Position numbers and translations under genes: made by a program. The notes under the pieces are model-generated. The model searched no databases, had not been told where the DNA came from, and saw nothing but the letters and a program-made list of their open reading frames with translations. From Candidatus Rokuibacteriota bacterium (GTDB lineage: Bacteria; Methylomirabilota; Methylomirabilia; Rokubacteriales; CSP1-6): 18,814 nt of DNA. The DNA is taken from the NCBI GenBank assembly GCA_016184305.1, contig JACPCX010000159.1, forward strand, positions 1 to 18,814, written 5' to 3'. This document shows, in pieces, positions 16,869 to 18,814 of the stretch. The number at the start of each line of letters is the position of its first letter. Within the stretch, counting starts at the first letter, position 1.

Positions 16869-17816
16869 TCACGCGACACGGACCCGCGGATCGAGGACCG
16901 AGTACATCACATCGACCGTCGTGTTGATCACGACGAAGAGCACCCCGACGACCAGGGTGACCCCCTGCACCACCGGGTAGTCCCGCGCGAAGATCGACTG
17001 GACGACCAGCCAGCCGATTCCCGGCCAGGAGAAGACCTGCTCGACGACCACCGCCCCGCCCAGGAGGGTCCCGAACTGAAGCCCGACCACGGTGACGGTG
17101 GGGATCAGCGCGTTCTTGAGCGCGTGCTTCCACACGACGCCGCGCTCGCTGAGGCCCTTGGCCCGGGCCGTCCGCACATAGTCCTGCCCGATGGCCTCGA
17201 GCACCGACGAGCGGACCATGCGCGTCACGACGCCGGCCATGGCGAGGCCGAGGGTGAGGGCGGGCAGAAGGAGGTACTGCAGCGCCTGCACCGGCTGCAT
17301 GACCACACTCGCGTACCCCTGGGACGGCAGCCACCCGAGCCCGACGGCGAAGGCGAGGACGAGGAGGATGCCGAGAAAGAAGTTTGGAACGGAGACGCCG
17401 AGGAGCGCGAAGACCATCGCGGCATAGTCGGCGCCGGTGTTGCGGCGGACGGCGGCCAGGATGCCGAGCGGCAGGGCCACCACCAGCGCCACCAGCGAGC
17501 TCGCGGCGGTCAGCAGCAGGGTCTTCGGCAGCTTGTCGGCGATGAGCGCGACGACGCTCTCGCGGTTCCGCACCGACCGGCCGAGATCGCCGCGCACCAC
17601 CCGTCCGACCCACCGGAGATACTGGTGCGGCAGGCTCAGGTCGAGGCCGAGCTCGTGGCGGAGGGCCTGCCGCGTCTGGGCGTCCACCTGGTCGGCGCCC
17701 ATCATGACGTCCACCGGGTCGCCGGGGATGAGGCGCAGCACCCCGAAGACGATGACGGACATGAAGAAGAGCACCGGGATCAGCACGAGGAGGCGGCGCG
17801 CCAGGAACTCGATCAT
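16869..17816 (-). CDS. dppB: Peptide/nickel-type ABC transporter permease (DppB/OppB-like)
   Basis: LIPGDPV, LGLD, GDLGRS, SVPNFFLG, RMVRSSVLEAIGQDYVRTARAKGL, HALKNALIP, GAVVVEQVFSWPGIG, RDYPVVQG, DPRVR. Confidence 0.92.
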   Translation of the reverse strand: MIEFLARRLLVLIPVLFFMSVIVFGVLRLIPGDPVDVMMGADQVDAQTRQALRHELGLDLSLPHQYLRWVGRVVRGDLGRSVRNRESVVALIADKLPKTLLLTAASSLVALVVALPLGILAAVRRNTGADYAAMVFALLGVSVPNFFLGILLVLAFAVGLGWLPSQGYASVVMQPVQALQYLLLPALTLGLAMAGVVTRMVRSSVLEAIGQDYVRTARAKGLSERGVVWKHALKNALIPTVTVVGLQFGTLLGGAVVVEQVFSWPGIGWLVVQSIFARDYPVVQGVTLVVGVLFVVINTTVDVMYSVLDPRVRVA

Positions 17817-18694
17817 CGCCCGCCCCTCGCCGGCACCAGCGCCATGGCGCCGCCCGCGCTGCGGCCGAGCTCGGAGCGCAGCCGCGGGTCAAGGGCGTCG
17901 CGGAGCCCGTCGCCCATGAGGTTGAAGCCGAGGACGGCCAGGCAGATGGCCAAGCCGGGGAAGATCGCCACCAGCGGCGCGCGCTCGAGGAAGCCACGCG
18001 CCTCGAAGAGCATGGTGCCCCAGCTCGGCGTGGGGGGCGGCATACCGACTCCGATGAAGCTCAGGCTCGACTCGATGATGATGGCCTGCGCGAAGCTCGC
18101 GCTCGCCTGCACCAGCAGCGGCGCCCAGCAGTTCGGCAGGATCTCGCGGGTCAGGATGGCGAAGCCGGGCTGTCCCAGCGCCTGCGCCGCCACCACGTAC
18201 TCCTTCTCGCGCTCGGCGAGCACGGCGGCGCGAGCGATGCGCGCGAAGATCGGCGCGTAACGGACGCCGATGGCGATCATCACGTTCGTGATGTCGGGAC
18301 CGAGCGCGGCGACGATGGCGAGCGCGAGGAGGATGGCGGGAAACGCCAGGATGGCATCCATGATCCGCATCGCGAGGTGGTCGACCATCCCGCCGAGGAA
18401 GGCGGCGGTCGTCCCGAGCGGGAGGCCCAGGGCGAGCCCGATGGCCACCGCCACCAGGCCCACCTGCACCGAGATGCGGGCGCCGTGGAGAATCCGGGCG
18501 AGCAGGTCGCGGCCGAACTGGTCCGTCCCCAGCGCGTGCTCACCGCTCGGGGCCTGCAGGCGGGCGCCGAGGTCCATCGCCAGCGGGTCCTGCGTGCTCA
18601 GGACGGGGCCCATCGCGGCCGCCGTGACCACGAGCACCACGAGCACGGCCCCGCCCAGGGCCAGGCGGTTGTGGGCGAACAGCCGCAGCGTCAC
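17813..18694 (-). CDS. dppC: Peptide/nickel-type ABC transporter permease (DppC/OppC-like)
   Basis: HALGTDQFGRD, GARISV, MRIMDAILAFP, EYVVAAQALG, ILPN, ESSLSFIGVG..PPTPSWGTML, FNLMGDGLRDALDPR. GTG start. Confidence 0.92.
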   Translation of the reverse strand: MTLRLFAHNRLALGGAVLVVLVVTAAAMGPVLSTQDPLAMDLGARLQAPSGEHALGTDQFGRDLLARILHGARISVQVGLVAVAIGLALGLPLGTTAAFLGGMVDHLAMRIMDAILAFPAILLALAIVAALGPDITNVMIAIGVRYAPIFARIARAAVLAEREKEYVVAAQALGQPGFAILTREILPNCWAPLLVQASASFAQAIIIESSLSFIGVGMPPPTPSWGTMLFEARGFLERAPLVAIFPGLAICLAVLGFNLMGDGLRDALDPRLRSELGRSAGGAMALVPARGGR

Positions 18695-18716
18695 GGCGCC
18701 TCCGGCAGCTCGATCG

Positions 18717-18814
18717 TCATGACCGCACGCAACACTCGACCAGCGTCTTGACGGAGGCGGCGCCGTCGATCGCGAGCGCCGCGTCGACCAGCCGGCGCAC
18801 CTGCGCGGCGGGGA
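18717..18814 (-). CDS. C-terminal fragment of an upstream gene, possibly MmgE/PrpD family
   Basis: Manual translation PAAQVRRLVDAALAIDGAASVKTLVECCVRS* with GC-rich third positions, ending just before dppC. It resembles the terminal helices typical of MmgE/PrpD proteins, but only 31 residues are visible. Confidence 0.4.
   Translation of the reverse strand, partial: PAAQVRRLVDAALAIDGAASVKTLVECCVRS

Noticed and set aside
15993..18260. 755-aa plus-strand ORF and other large plus-strand ORFs (e.g. 6817..8037, 13007..14446, 14326..15627)
   Set aside because: They lie antisense to well-supported minus-strand genes and have the Arg/Pro/Ala/Gly/His-rich composition typical of non-coding frames.
1..18814. 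CRISPR arrays, tRNA/rRNA, IS elements, integrases, defence systems
   Set aside because: No spaced repeats, RNA-gene signatures or mobile-element ORFs were seen. Almost all sequence is accounted for by metabolic and transport genes.

Overview
GC-rich bacterial window in which every credible gene lies on the minus strand, packed with overlapping or abutting stop/start codons as one apparent catabolic operon that runs off both ends. In transcription order (right to left): C-terminal fragment of a possible MmgE/PrpD-family protein; DppC- and DppB-like permeases; a Tat-signal family-5 solute-binding protein (interrupted); an SCP2-type thiolase with a DUF35 Zn-ribbon/OB-fold partner; a stand-alone methylmalonyl-CoA-mutase-family substrate-binding subunit (interrupted); a beta-hydroxyacid dehydrogenase; a complete LivK/H/M/G/F-type ABC importer; hydantoinase/oxoprolinase A and B subunits; an Fe-S/flavin old-yellow-enzyme-family oxidoreductase; and a truncated SDR. 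The most notable points are: (1) the mutase keeps Tyr89/Gln197/Arg207/His244/Glu370 equivalents but has most CoA-channel and several adenosyl-pocket residues replaced, suggesting a B12 radical enzyme with an unknown substrate; (2) two genes are broken by frameshifting internal deletions (about 15 and about 30-35 codons by comparison with family consensus), either real decay or assembly artefacts; (3) no cobalamin-binding subunit is present, and the gap after the mutase holds a chain of ATGA-coupled mini-ORFs. All assignments are by-eye motif recognition without database searches.
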